A DNA stretch of 57,952 bases, from IMG/VR virus record IMGVR_UViG_3300005099_000473, positions 1-57,952 of that record; one strand, given 5' to 3'. Position numbers and translations under genes: made by a program. This stretch comes from a virus. Its lineage: Duplodnaviria > Caudoviricetes. Positions within the stretch are counted from its first letter, which is position 1. The number at the start of each line of letters is the position of its first letter. Below, piece after piece: positions 25,848-35,713 of the stretch. The notes under the pieces are model-generated. The model did no database searches, was not told where the DNA came from, and worked only from the letters and a program-made list of their open reading frames with translations.

Positions 25848-28478
25848 ATGTCATATTCAGTTCAGGGAATAGTTCGTTATGATTTTGATAATGTAGGTCA
25901 GTTAATTTTGAAAGGAATAATAAATGGAAGATTACAAACTGTTCTGTCGCCTGCATATCCTTATGCGTTTGTTGAACGAAAATCGGGGGTTGTAAATGTT
26001 CTGTCAAGTATAGAAGAAGTTATTAATTGGGAAGAAGTAGATTTGAAAGCTTCTGATACTGGAATGGAGGTAATTAAGTTTTTTACGAAAAGCCCGAAGC
26101 ATATACCAGTAGTAAGAGAGAAGTTAAATGATGCTGGATATAAGACGTATGAGTCTGATATTCCGTTTATTAGAAGATTATTGCATGATAAGAAGTTAAT
26201 AATTGATTATGATAGGTCAAATATTGCATATCTGGATATTGAGGTTGATGATAGTAAAAGTTTTCCGTCTGAGTATGGTAAGTATGAGATTGTTTCAGTT
26301 GCAGTTTATGATGGAAATGGAAATGGAGAGTGGTTTTTTATAGACAATTATAATGACGAAGTGGAAATGTTAGGTGATATGGTTGCATACTTAATGGAAA
26401 AGGAAATGACAGTTATTGTTGGTTGGAATGTTCAGTTTGACTATAACCATTTGTTAGAAAGGTTAAGAATGAAAAAGATGTTTTGGGAATTGGAATGGTT
26501 AAGGCATTGTAACGTTATTGATTTAATGCACGAGTATATGTTTGCTGTTAAGGGTTTAAGTAGTTATAGTTTGGAAGAGGTTAGTCGGCATGAGGGTTGG
26601 AAAATCAAACATAAGAGTAAGGCAATTCATGAAATGAGAAAAATGCCAAAAGAACTTGAAGAGTATAATATGTATGATTCTGAATTATTGTATATGATTG
26701 ATAAGAAGTATGGTTTTACAGATGTTAAGTTTGAGATTGCTCGACAGACAAATTTGACGCTTGACATATTGACACAGTCAAGAATAGGTGATGCACTTAT
26801 AATATGGAGACTTAGAGAATTAGGTTATGTTGCGATTGATAAGGTGAAGAAACAAAAGGAAAAGTATAAAGGGGCATTTGTTATTGAACCAGAGCCAGGA
26901 TTGTATAAGTATGTTGGATATTATGATGTTAATAGTCTGTATCCGAATGTAATAATTCATAAGAATATTGACATTGATGGCTTTAATGGTGAAGTAATGC
27001 CATACATTGAAAGGCAGTTGTTAGAGGACAGGGCAAAGTATAAAAAGTTGTATAAAGAGACTAAAAATCCAAAGTATAATGTTATGCAAAATGCAAAGAA
27101 AATATTGGCTAATGGTTTGTATGGTTTGTTTGGTTCGCCCAGTTTCAGATATTATAATAGAGAAAAGGCAGAGGCAATAACGACTGGGGGAAGAGAAGTA
27201 CTAATGAGAATGAAAACATTTATAGAGAATGATTTGGCTTTAAAAGTGTTGTATGGCGATAGTGTAACAAAGGATACAAGAGTTAGATATTATACGTTGT
27301 CAGGAAATGAACGAGTAGAGGCAATTGAAGACTTGTGGAATAGATATAGTAAGTATGCTAAAGTTAGACCAGATGGGAAAGAAGAAATATATCTAAAAAA
27401 TATGCATTTATTGACTTATGCAGTTAGTGATGATTTGAAGGTTGGTTTAAAAGAGATTGTTCGTGTGGTTAGGCATAAAGTAAAGAAAAAAATATATGAG
27501 ATTATTACAGAATCAGGGAAGTCAGTTAAAGTTACAGAAGACCATTCAGTTATGGTTTTGTCAAATGATGGCCAAAGATTAGTAATTAAAAGACCAAAAG
27601 ATTTGAGTATAAATGTAGATATGTTGTTAGTTAAAAGTAATAACGGAAGGGGTAGTAGTTCGTTTGAACGTGTCGTCAAAGTCAAAGAGGTTACAGACTA
27701 CATTGGATATGTTTATGACTTAGAAGTTGAAGAATATCATACGTTTTTTGCAAATGATATTTTAGTGCATAATACTGACTCTATGTTCTGTCATTTAGGT
27801 ATTGCTTTTGATAATGAAATTGAGCCTGATATTGATGCCGTGGTTCAGTTTGCAGAATTCGTTAAGGATGAAATAAATAAGGAGATTGCACCGTTTCAGG
27901 TAAAGCTTGAATGTGTCTTAACAGGAATGCTGTTTTTGAAAGGAGGTGATAGGGGTGGAGCAAAGAAAAGATATGTAGGTTTAAAGACAACTGGTGAATA
28001 TATTGTAAGAGGTTTGGAAGTAAGACGGTCTGATTGGTCTGAGCTTAGTAAAGAAGTTTTATGGAAAGTTATTGATTTGATTTTGAAGGAGGGTAAAACA
28101 AAGAAGGATGTAATGAAATATTTAGGTGAAGTTAAGAGGAAGTTATATAGTGGAGAATATAATGATAAGATTGTTATGGCAAAGTCGTTAAGTAAAAGAA
28201 TTTCAGAATATAGTAATGCTCCGCCTCATGTAAGGGCGTATGTTAAGGCAAAGGAAAAAGGGTATGATTTTGCAGGTCAGAAAGTTACGTTTGTCTGGGT
28301 AAAAGGAGGTGATGTTGAGCCAGTCTATCCAGGAGTTGATTTAAGTAAGATTCCAGTAGATTATGATGCGATTTGGGAAAAACAGATAATGGCGCCAGTA
28401 AAAAGAATCTTGGATAGTATTGGGGCAGGTAGAAATATGAAGTTAGATGTTTTCTTTAAGATGAATAAAAAATCTTAA
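25848..28478 (+). CDS. polB: Family B DNA polymerase with a mini-intein
   Basis: ExoI DIE, ExoII GWN..FD, ExoIII YNMYD; DVNSLYP; KILANGLYG; YGD/TDS split by the intein; KKRY; C-terminal PIP-like NMKLDVFF. Confidence 0.95.
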   Translation: MSYSVQGIVRYDFDNVGQLILKGIINGRLQTVLSPAYPYAFVERKSGVVNVLSSIEEVINWEEVDLKASDTGMEVIKFFTKSPKHIPVVREKLNDAGYKTYESDIPFIRRLLHDKKLIIDYDRSNIAYLDIEVDDSKSFPSEYGKYEIVSVAVYDGNGNGEWFFIDNYNDEVEMLGDMVAYLMEKEMTVIVGWNVQFDYNHLLERLRMKKMFWELEWLRHCNVIDLMHEYMFAVKGLSSYSLEEVSRHEGWKIKHKSKAIHEMRKMPKELEEYNMYDSELLYMIDKKYGFTDVKFEIARQTNLTLDILTQSRIGDALIIWRLRELGYVAIDKVKKQKEKYKGAFVIEPEPGLYKYVGYYDVNSLYPNVIIHKNIDIDGFNGEVMPYIERQLLEDRAKYKKLYKETKNPKYNVMQNAKKILANGLYGLFGSPSFRYYNREKAEAITTGGREVLMRMKTFIENDLALKVLYGDSVTKDTRVRYYTLSGNERVEAIEDLWNRYSKYAKVRPDGKEEIYLKNMHLLTYAVSDDLKVGLKEIVRVVRHKVKKKIYEIITESGKSVKVTEDHSVMVLSNDGQRLVIKRPKDLSINVDMLLVKSNNGRGSSSFERVVKVKEVTDYIGYVYDLEVEEYHTFFANDILVHNTDSMFCHLGIAFDNEIEPDIDAVVQFAEFVKDEINKEIAPFQVKLECVLTGMLFLKGGDRGGAKKRYVGLKTTGEYIVRGLEVRRSDWSELSKEVLWKVIDLILKEGKTKKDVMKYLGEVKRKLYSGEYNDKIVMAKSLSKRISEYSNAPPHVRAYVKAKEKGYDFAGQKVTFVWVKGGDVEPVYPGVDLSKIPVDYDAIWEKQIMAPVKRILDSIGAGRNMKLDVFFKMNKKS
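27261..27773 (+). mobile_element. 171-aa mini-intein in PolB motif C (YGD|TDS)
   Basis: Starts with Ser (SVTKDT); block B VTEDHS; block F VYDLEV; ends HN followed by Thr; no LAGLIDADG motif. Confidence 0.92.
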
Positions 28479-28516
28479 AAATTTTGGAGTAAAAAACATT
28501 AAAGGGGTGTGTGAAA

Positions 28517-28771
28517 ATGGCAAAATCGTTTGGTGAATATAGTTTTGGAAAGAAGCTGACTGAGATTAGAAGATTTGGAAAAGATGATGGTTCGTATAAG
28601 ATAATGGAAGTGTCTGTAGATGAGAATGCAATATATATTGTGATTAGTATAGGTAAGAAAGGTGCTGAAAGAACAAGAGGAGTTTTCAAGTTGAGTATTA
28701 ATGAGGCTCTGGAACTTGAAAAGGTTTTGCATGAAGCAGCAACGTATCTTGTTAGAAATAAAATGCGTTGA
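28517..28771 (+). CDS. Hypothetical protein
   Basis: ORF with RBS GGGGTG; promoter-like AAAAAACATTAAAG at about 28491. Confidence 0.55.
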   Translation: MAKSFGEYSFGKKLTEIRRFGKDDGSYKIMEVSVDENAIYIVISIGKKGAERTRGVFKLSINEALELEKVLHEAATYLVRNKMR

Positions 28772-28786
28772 AAGTAATGTTTAGAG

Positions 28787-28981
28787 GTGAAATTAATGTC
28801 AGTTTTGGGAATTGGGGGATGCGATAGTTTTGGTAATGACGCAAAGTTAATAGTGGAAAGGGGTCAGGAAGGGGCTTCTTTCCGTATTTTGATTTTTGGA
28901 GAGAAAGGAGTGGAGTATGATATTTCTATGAGGATTGATGATGAAGACGTTAAGAAATTGGTAAAGTTTTTAATGGGGTGA
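28787..28981 (+). CDS. Hypothetical protein
   Basis: 64-aa ORF with RBS GAGGTGA. Confidence 0.5.
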   Translation: MKLMSVLGIGGCDSFGNDAKLIVERGQEGASFRILIFGEKGVEYDISMRIDDEDVKKLVKFLMG

Positions 28982-28985
28982 TAGA

Positions 28986-29144
28986 ATGAAGTTGATATGG
29001 TATTATGCACATGTAAGTACGACGAATGGAGAAGAATATCTATTAGGTTGCGATGAGGATGGTGGAACTGGAGATGTTCATGTTTTAAAAATTAGTAAAG
29101 ATTTTGGCTATAAGGAGGTGTTTAAAAATGAAAGAGCCAACTGA
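28986..29144 (+). CDS. Small hypothetical protein (52 aa, not in the ORF track)
   Basis: ATG after GGGGTGA; MKLIWYYAHVSTTNGEEYLLGCDEDGGTGDVHVLKISKDFGYKEVFKNERAN. Confidence 0.45.
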   Translation: MKLIWYYAHVSTTNGEEYLLGCDEDGGTGDVHVLKISKDFGYKEVFKNERAN

Positions 29145-29916
29145 GGAAGAATTGAGAAAATTTATGAAAGAAAATTATGGAAGCGAGTGGGAAGACAAAT
29201 TGGAATTGGCTAAATTGCTCTGGCAAAAGAGGTATGGAGGACGATATGTTGTAGATTCTAATGAATACCCAAAGGTAAAGATATGTGATTTACAGAGAGG
29301 TGCGAGGTTTTCAATTGAAGGAATTGTTATTAATGTTGAAAAGTCTCAGTATCAGGGTTGTCCGATATGTAAGCGTTCGGTAAGAAATCCATGTGAACAT
29401 ATTAAGAATAAGCAGACAAGTCCAGTGTTTTTGACAAGGTTGGTATTTACTGTTTCTGATGGAACTGGCGAAGTGAAGGTCGATGGAGTATTTACTGATG
29501 ATGCTCCAGATGTTCAGTTAGGTGATTTGGTTCTGGTAAAGGGGTTTGTATCAACAAGGGCGTTAGATATGAGAATGGTATATAATGGTCATGATTTAAA
29601 GAAGAGGATAGAAAGTAATGGGTCTTCAGAGAATAATGTTCAAGAGGTGGTAGTTCAAAATGAAGTAAGAAAAGTAGACCTTTTGGATGATTTTGGTTGG
29701 TCATCTGAGAATGATTCTGGAGTTGTTATGTCTCAGAAAGTTTACAATATTTTGCAGTTTATTAAGAGGGTTGGTAGTATGGCAGAAAGTCCATTAAAAA
29801 GAATGGCAAAGCATGAAGGTATTGAATGGGATGAACTGGTAGAATATTTAGAGGTTAATGATGGTAAGTATAAAGTAAAGTCTGATATAGATTTAAATAA
29901 GGTTAAATTGAGGTGA
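29128..29916 (+). CDS. RPA-like OB-fold ssDNA-binding protein with a zinc finger
   Basis: YQGCPICKRSV..C, followed by FTVSDGTGEV and GDLVLVKG. Confidence 0.75.
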   Translation: MKEPTEEELRKFMKENYGSEWEDKLELAKLLWQKRYGGRYVVDSNEYPKVKICDLQRGARFSIEGIVINVEKSQYQGCPICKRSVRNPCEHIKNKQTSPVFLTRLVFTVSDGTGEVKVDGVFTDDAPDVQLGDLVLVKGFVSTRALDMRMVYNGHDLKKRIESNGSSENNVQEVVVQNEVRKVDLLDDFGWSSENDSGVVMSQKVYNILQFIKRVGSMAESPLKRMAKHEGIEWDELVEYLEVNDGKYKVKSDIDLNKVKLR

Positions 29917-29920
29917 TAAT

Positions 29921-30751
29921 TTGTCTGGTTTAGGTAAATTCATAGAGAAAAGATACATTGATAGACTGTTTGATGAAATAAGTGGTTCAGATAGGTCAGG
30001 AATTCATGTTACGGATTTGGTTTCGCCTTGTCTTCGGCAAATTTTTTATAATTTGAAAATGAAGGAAATGTCGAATGGTCAAGAGAGGGATTTAACATTA
30101 GAGCAAGCACATACGTTTTGGTTAGGGCACAAGTATCATTCAATTATTGTTAGTAATGTTGCAATTAATGAGAATGGCTGGTTTGTAATACCTGATTTAA
30201 GGGATGTTAGAATTGAGAAAGGTGAGGATGATAAGTATTATGTTTTTGATAAAAATGATATGATGTTAGGTGTGCTTGGGTATGAATTGCCAATTGAACA
30301 TTACGGTATAAAGGGTCAGATAGATGAAATTGTTGAGTATAATGGAGAAGTTGCTATAGTAGATAAGAAAAGTACGAGTTATATTCCTTCACAGCCGTAT
30401 GGTAATCATGTAAGGCAAGTTGAGATGTATTCAGTATTGTTTTGGCGAGAGTATGGAATTGTTCCGAAGTATGGTTCAGTTTTGTATATTTTAAAGCAAC
30501 ATGAGAAAGATAAAGATGGTAAGAAGAAGTTTAAAGTTAAAGCATATGTCTGGGAGTTAAGACCGTTGGAAGAAATTGAGAAAGAAATGCTGGATAGGTT
30601 AGAAAAAATTAAGACTGCTTTGGAAAAGAATGAACTGCCACCTGCAACGCCAAATGCCTTGTGCAAATGGTGTTTATGGAAAGATTTATGCAGAGACAAT
30701 TTGGCAGAAATAAAGGTTAAGCGTCAGATAAAGTTAGATTTTTGGTGGTGA
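29921..30751 (+). CDS. Cas4-like PD-(D/E)XK exonuclease
   Basis: PCLRQ, G...H, GQID, VDKKST, Q...Y and C..C....C; C-terminal PIP-like QIKLDFWW. Confidence 0.82.
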   Translation: MSGLGKFIEKRYIDRLFDEISGSDRSGIHVTDLVSPCLRQIFYNLKMKEMSNGQERDLTLEQAHTFWLGHKYHSIIVSNVAINENGWFVIPDLRDVRIEKGEDDKYYVFDKNDMMLGVLGYELPIEHYGIKGQIDEIVEYNGEVAIVDKKSTSYIPSQPYGNHVRQVEMYSVLFWREYGIVPKYGSVLYILKQHEKDKDGKKKFKVKAYVWELRPLEEIEKEMLDRLEKIKTALEKNELPPATPNALCKWCLWKDLCRDNLAEIKVKRQIKLDFWW

Positions 30752-30755
30752 TGTA

Positions 30756-31490
30756 ATGTTAATTATTGATAATAGTGAGTACAATGCGTTTAAGCGTGCA
30801 TTATCAAGGCGAAAGAAAAATAGTATATTGGAAAAGTTAAACGAATTGATTGACAGAGTAGAAGATATTGGAGTTGACTTCATTATTATTGGTAATCAGA
30901 GAATATATGTTATTGAGAGAAAGACATTGACTGATATGTTGAATAGTATTCATGGTCAAGAAAGTAAGGCTGGTGGTAGGTTTTGGAAACAGTTAGATAG
31001 AGTTAAGTTAGTTGCAGAGGATTTGTCTAATCAGTATGATGTTCCCGCATACGGGTTAGTCATTTTGGAGGGTAGTGTTTTTCAGAGGTATAAGGCAAGA
31101 TATGCTAAGTTAAGACCACAGCAATGGTTTGGTATTCAGGCTGAGATTGCAGAGAAAGGAATTGGTTTAATCAGAACATGGAATAGAAATGAGACTGTTT
31201 TGGCGTTAGAAAGATTGAAGGATAGGGCAGGTAAAGAAAAGCAGAAGTTAATGCCAATGGCAATCAAGAAAGAATTAAGAACTGAAAAAGAAGAAGCAAT
31301 GCATATGTTGTTCGCTGTGTCTGGCATAGGACTGAAAAAAGCAGCTAAAGTACTTGATAAATATGGTTCAGTTAAGGCGGTAATTAATTTAAGTGAAGAT
31401 AGGTTGATTTCAGAATTGGGGCAGAAGATTGGTAAGCATTTTTATGAGATTGTAAGTAAAGATTGGAGAAAAGAGAAGGTGTTTGAATGA
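30756..31490 (+). CDS. ERCC4/XPF-like structure-specific nuclease with HhH motifs
   Basis: IERKTLTDMLNSI (ERKX3D), GRFWKQL, ILEG, VSGIG..KA. Confidence 0.85.
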   Translation: MLIIDNSEYNAFKRALSRRKKNSILEKLNELIDRVEDIGVDFIIIGNQRIYVIERKTLTDMLNSIHGQESKAGGRFWKQLDRVKLVAEDLSNQYDVPAYGLVILEGSVFQRYKARYAKLRPQQWFGIQAEIAEKGIGLIRTWNRNETVLALERLKDRAGKEKQKLMPMAIKKELRTEKEEAMHMLFAVSGIGLKKAAKVLDKYGSVKAVINLSEDRLISELGQKIGKHFYEIVSKDWRKEKVFE

Positions 31491-31765
31491 GCGATAGGTT
31501 AGAAGATTTGGCTGAAATTTTGAATTCGTATAAGAATGACATTTCGAAAATAATTCAGCAGTATTATAGTGAAATGGGGAATGACATTAAAGAGGTTATT
31601 GATTTGGATGTTAGGTCAAGGGAGTTTGGTCAAATGGTCAGACAAGTTGATAGTAAATATGAGCAGATAGTGTTATTGAGGAAGGCAATGTTAAAGATTG
31701 ATGAAATTTTTAAGGAGATGATGTTTGTGGAAGATGTGTTAAAGAAAATGGAGGTGGAGAGATAA
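31487..31765 (+). CDS. Hypothetical coiled-coil protein
   Basis: 92-aa ORF overlapping both neighbours. Confidence 0.5.
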   Translation: MSDRLEDLAEILNSYKNDISKIIQQYYSEMGNDIKEVIDLDVRSREFGQMVRQVDSKYEQIVLLRKAMLKIDEIFKEMMFVEDVLKKMEVER

Positions 31766-32079
31766 TGGATAGTAAAGCTAAGATAAATTTGAATTTGGGT
31801 TGGTTAGGTTTGTTAGTAATTGCATTTGCCTTAATTGAAGCATGGAAGTTAGGAGTGCCGTGGTATGTTGGTCTGGGTGTAGGATTGTTGGCAGTAGTAT
31901 TTGCATTGTTAGGAATGGTGCCAATTGTTGGGCAAGCGGTATATTATATTGGATTTAAGTGGTTGTTAGTATCTAAGATTGGAGTATGGATGGCCTGGAC
32001 GTTCTGGTTAGGATTTGTAGTTTCAGTAGTAGTTTCAATAGTAATAGGGTTAATGTTGTTAATAGTGTTGAGTAGATAA
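31765..32079 (+). CDS. Small integral membrane protein
   Basis: Three to four hydrophobic segments. Confidence 0.6.
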   Translation: MDSKAKINLNLGWLGLLVIAFALIEAWKLGVPWYVGLGVGLLAVVFALLGMVPIVGQAVYYIGFKWLLVSKIGVWMAWTFWLGFVVSVVVSIVIGLMLLIVLSR

Positions 32080-32096
32080 AAGGAGGTAGGAAAGTA

Positions 32097-32798
32097 ATGA
32101 ATGAAAGGATAAAAGATAAAATTCCAGTAGTTGAAATATTTGAAAGCTTTCAAGGTGAAGGAAGGTTTATGGGACAAAGGGCTTTGTTTGTTAGGTTTGC
32201 AGGATGTAATTTGGTCGGTAAATGTAAATATTGTGATACTGATTTCAGAGTAAGAAAGTTAATGACAGTAAATGAAATTACAGTTGAAGTATTGAAGTAT
32301 TTGGCAAGCAATGGTAAGTTAGTAGTATTTACTGGCGGAGAGCCAATGATATACCAAGATGTGATGATAGAAATAATGAGGAAGTTAGAAGGGACTGGTA
32401 AGGGTCTGTTTCAGATTGAGACGAATGGAACAATAAAGCCCATGCCAGATTTTTTATTGAAGATTGATAAAATTGTGGTAAGTCCTAAAAGAGGATATGA
32501 AAAGAAGGCATATAAGAATTTTGTAAATAATGAATTGGTTGACTGGAAATATGTAGTTGGAGATGTTCCAGAGGACAGTGCGTTTTGGTCGTATGATAGA
32601 ATAAGACCTGAAGTTAGATGGTTAGTTGAAGTATATGGAGTATCACAGAATAATATTTGGCTAATGCCGTATGGTGCAACTAAAGAGGAACTTGAAAAGA
32701 ATGCAGTTAAAGTTTGGCAGTTAGCTAAGGAATTGGGAGTGAATGTTTCCGACCGTCTTCATGTTCGGGTATTTGGGAAAAGTATGATGGGAGTGTGA
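32097..32798 (+). CDS. queE: 7-carboxy-7-deazaguanine synthase (radical SAM)
   Basis: EIFESFQGEG...FVRFAGCNL...CKYCDT, TGGEP, IETNGT, VSPK, RLH. Confidence 0.9.
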   Translation: MNERIKDKIPVVEIFESFQGEGRFMGQRALFVRFAGCNLVGKCKYCDTDFRVRKLMTVNEITVEVLKYLASNGKLVVFTGGEPMIYQDVMIEIMRKLEGTGKGLFQIETNGTIKPMPDFLLKIDKIVVSPKRGYEKKAYKNFVNNELVDWKYVVGDVPEDSAFWSYDRIRPEVRWLVEVYGVSQNNIWLMPYGATKEELEKNAVKVWQLAKELGVNVSDRLHVRVFGKSMMGV

Positions 32799-32802
32799 GC
32801 AA

Positions 32803-34234
32803 GTGGACGTTGTCTTAATGAAGTTTATAGTGTTGTATATATTGGTAGTAATAGTTTTGTATGTGATGTTATCAAGTATTATGGATTTGGAAGAAAGTGA
32901 ATTAGAAAAGACGTTAAGAAAGCTTTCGGATAGGATGTGGAAAAGTTAAGGGGTGGTATGTATGGAAAAGTTTTGGAAATTGATTATTGTTGATAAAGGT
33001 AGAACGCAAGTGTATGAAGGTAAGGAATGGAATATTGTAGTTGCAAGTGTAAGGAGAATAAAGAAAGGTGTATTAAGAGGTTTTATTTTTGATGCATATG
33101 AAAATTATTCAAGTATGTCAGATGATGAATTAATTAAGAAATTTGGGGATGAGATAGTATTGAGGGTGCATGAATGGAAGGAGGATTGATAAAAATGTTT
33201 GGGTTTGGAAAAAGAAAATGGAAGTCATCTGTAGAGAAATGGTATAAGGATATGGTTAGAAAGTATAATATTACGGAAGAGGAAGAGTTAGAATATTTAA
33301 ATGAGTTGGCAGATGAATTGAACAAGACACCATTGTCTGCGTCAGCTTTGTTAGTGTTTTTGGTATTGTTAGGGTTAGTGCTATTGTCAGCAGGAATTGG
33401 AATATTAATACTATTGTTTGCTTTTTGGTGGGCATCAAAAATGGATAAGGATAGGGCAAATGAGGCTGAGAAGAAGTTTTTAATGTGGAGAATGTCAAGG
33501 AGGGGTTGAAAATGATATTGGATGTTTTGAAGTTGAAGGATGAAGTTAAAGAATTAAAAGATGAGATTAAGAAAATGAAAGAGGAAATGGTTTATTTAAA
33601 AGGTGTTACGAAAGAACTTTTGGAAAGGTATAACAGATTATTAGATGAGCATGCAAGACACATTAGTGCATATTATGCGTCTGCAAGTGATATGTTTGGT
33701 ATAGTACTTCTTGATACAAAAAATAAAATTGTTTTTATTGATAAAGACAAGATGTTCAAGGATTGGAAAGTATATTATTTGTCAAAGAAACCTGAGGATG
33801 AAGAAATAAATGAATGATATTAAATAGTTTAAGGAGTGATGTAGTATGGAGGTTGATGAGAAGATTATTAGGTATGTAGCTGATTTAATTAGAGACGTTG
33901 AAGGAGAAATTTATGAGAAGCAATTAGCAGATAAATTGGATGAATATGATAAACTTGTTGAGGTATTAATGATATTAGATGGTTTAGGGGGTGATGAAGA
34001 ATGAAAGAGTTAAAGATAGGTGATAAAGTATATGTAGAGGCTGAATATATTGGTTTGTCTCCAGAAGGTTTGAAAAAGTTTTATGTAATAACTGGGACAG
34101 GAATTAAAGTTGAAGTAAGATGTAAAGAAGGATACTATTTCAGTAAGGAAGAAGTTTGTGAGGAATTAGTTAAGAAATTAAAGCCAAAGAAGAAAGTAAG
34201 GAGAAGAAAGAAAAAGGAAGGTGAAGAAAAATGA
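32803..34234 (+). other. Run of six small hypothetical genes (32803-32949 membrane peptide, 32953-33189, 33195-33509 membrane protein, 33512-33817, 33846-34004, 34001-34234)
   Basis: Tightly packed + strand ORFs, most with an RBS. 33846-34004 has GEIYEKQLADKL, similar to the wHTH-like GEVIWSDEIADKL of 52624-52950. Confidence 0.5.
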
Positions 34235-34692
34235 GGGTTTGGAGAGTAAAAAGAAAAATATATTGGTCTGATAGTTTTGACAGTGCTCATTTTTTAATTT
34301 TGCCGTATAGTAGTAAATGCTTGAACATTCATGGGCATGAGTATAAAGTAGAGGTGGAGATAGAAGGACAGTTAGATGATAATGGAATGATTTTTGACTT
34401 TAATCATTTAAAGACAATAGTTAAGAAGTTAGACCATGCTGTTATTGTACCAAAGGATGCAATAAAGTTTGAACAGGGGTTGGTTGAGGTTGAAACGTTA
34501 AATGGTAGTAAAATGATTTTGAATAAAGGGCAGTATATAGTTATTGAGGGTAATGCAACAGCTGAAAATATTGCAGAATATATTGCTGGTCAGATAGTTA
34601 AGAATGCAAATGATAATATTGAGAAAGTTAAAGTTAAGGTATGGGAAGATTCAAGAAGTTATGCAGAAATTGAGTTAAATAACAACCATTAG
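34231..34692 (+). CDS. queD: 6-carboxy-5,6,7,8-tetrahydropterin synthase
   Basis: FDSAH, C.NIHGH.Y.VEV, DF..LK...LDH, TAENIA, V.VWE. Confidence 0.9.
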   Translation: MRVWRVKRKIYWSDSFDSAHFLILPYSSKCLNIHGHEYKVEVEIEGQLDDNGMIFDFNHLKTIVKKLDHAVIVPKDAIKFEQGLVEVETLNGSKMILNKGQYIVIEGNATAENIAEYIAGQIVKNANDNIEKVKVKVWEDSRSYAEIELNNNH

Positions 34693-34781
34693 AAAATTCG
34701 AGGTTATTATTCATAAAACAACCATTAAGATTTTCAACAGTTGTTTTACAAAAGGCTGTATGATTACTTGAGGTGATAATA

Positions 34782-35375
34782 ATGGTGAGTTGGAGTAAAA
34801 TTGAGGATAAGATTCAAGAACTGATTGAAATATTGCATGATGAATTGGGTTGGTTTAATGAGGAAGAATTAGAGAATACTGCAAGTAGAATAGTAAAGTT
34901 TTATGAGGAATGGCATGAGAATAGTCAGTATGATAGGTTTACGTTATTTGATAATGGTGGTGATAGAGGAACAGTTTATAAGTATGACCAGTTAGTAATA
35001 TTAAAGAATATAACGTTGCATAGTATGTGCAGTCATCATATGTTGCCGTTTTTTGGAGTAGCTCATATTGTATATTTGCCAGGTGAAAAGGTGATTGGAG
35101 TAAGTAAATTGGCAAGGGTAGTTAGAAAGTTTGCGAGTAAACCTCAGATTCAGGAACAGTTAACAGAAGAAATAGCGGACTATTTGTTTAAAGTTTTAAG
35201 ACCAAGATTTTTAATGGTTGTTATTGAGGCAAGGCATACTTGTATGATAATTAGGGGAGTTAGAGAACATGAAAGTACAATGGTTACAAGTGCGATAAGG
35301 TATGATAAACAAAGTTTTGAAAAAGGTATTGGTAGTTTAAAAGATGAGGCTTTGAGGTTGATTTATGGGAGGTGA
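34782..35375 (+). CDS. folE: GTP cyclohydrolase I
   Basis: SMCSHHMLPFFG, GVSKLARVV, QIQEQLT, H.CM..RGV. Confidence 0.93.
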   Translation: MVSWSKIEDKIQELIEILHDELGWFNEEELENTASRIVKFYEEWHENSQYDRFTLFDNGGDRGTVYKYDQLVILKNITLHSMCSHHMLPFFGVAHIVYLPGEKVIGVSKLARVVRKFASKPQIQEQLTEEIADYLFKVLRPRFLMVVIEARHTCMIIRGVREHESTMVTSAIRYDKQSFEKGIGSLKDEALRLIYGR

Positions 35376-35713
35376 TGAGAATGTTTGAAAAGATTAATAT
35401 TGGAGATTATAAGAAAATTATAGTAAAATTGAATGATGGAATTGGATATATGATAACAAAGTTTGAGAACCATGGAGATAAAGTAGTATTGTATAAGAGG
35501 AATGAAGTAATTGATGAAATAGTTAAAAAGTATTTGCAATCAGATAGTAAATGGGAAGAGGTTATGGAAATGACAGTGGAGAAAGCAAATGAAATTTTGG
35601 AAGGATATATGGATGTGGCAAAGAGAATGAAGCAAGTAGTAGGAGAAAAGGCAAGTATTAAGTTTGAAGAAAAGGACAATAATTTGTATATTGTGTTGGA
35701 TGTGGAAAGGTGA
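35372..35713 (+). CDS. Hypothetical protein
   Basis: 113-aa ORF overlapping both neighbours. Confidence 0.5.
   Translation: MMRMFEKINIGDYKKIIVKLNDGIGYMITKFENHGDKVVLYKRNEVIDEIVKKYLQSDSKWEEVMEMTVEKANEILEGYMDVAKRMKQVVGEKASIKFEEKDNNLYIVLDVER

Noticed and set aside
29921-30751. Cas4-like gene as evidence for a CRISPR-Cas locus
   Set aside because: No cas1/cas2 or repeat-spacer array was seen. Solo Cas4-like nucleases are common in archaeal virus replication modules.
34693-34770. Canonical preQ1-I riboswitch upstream of folE
   Set aside because: I could not form the required P1 stem with its conserved loop and 3' A-rich tail. Kept only as a generic structured spacer.
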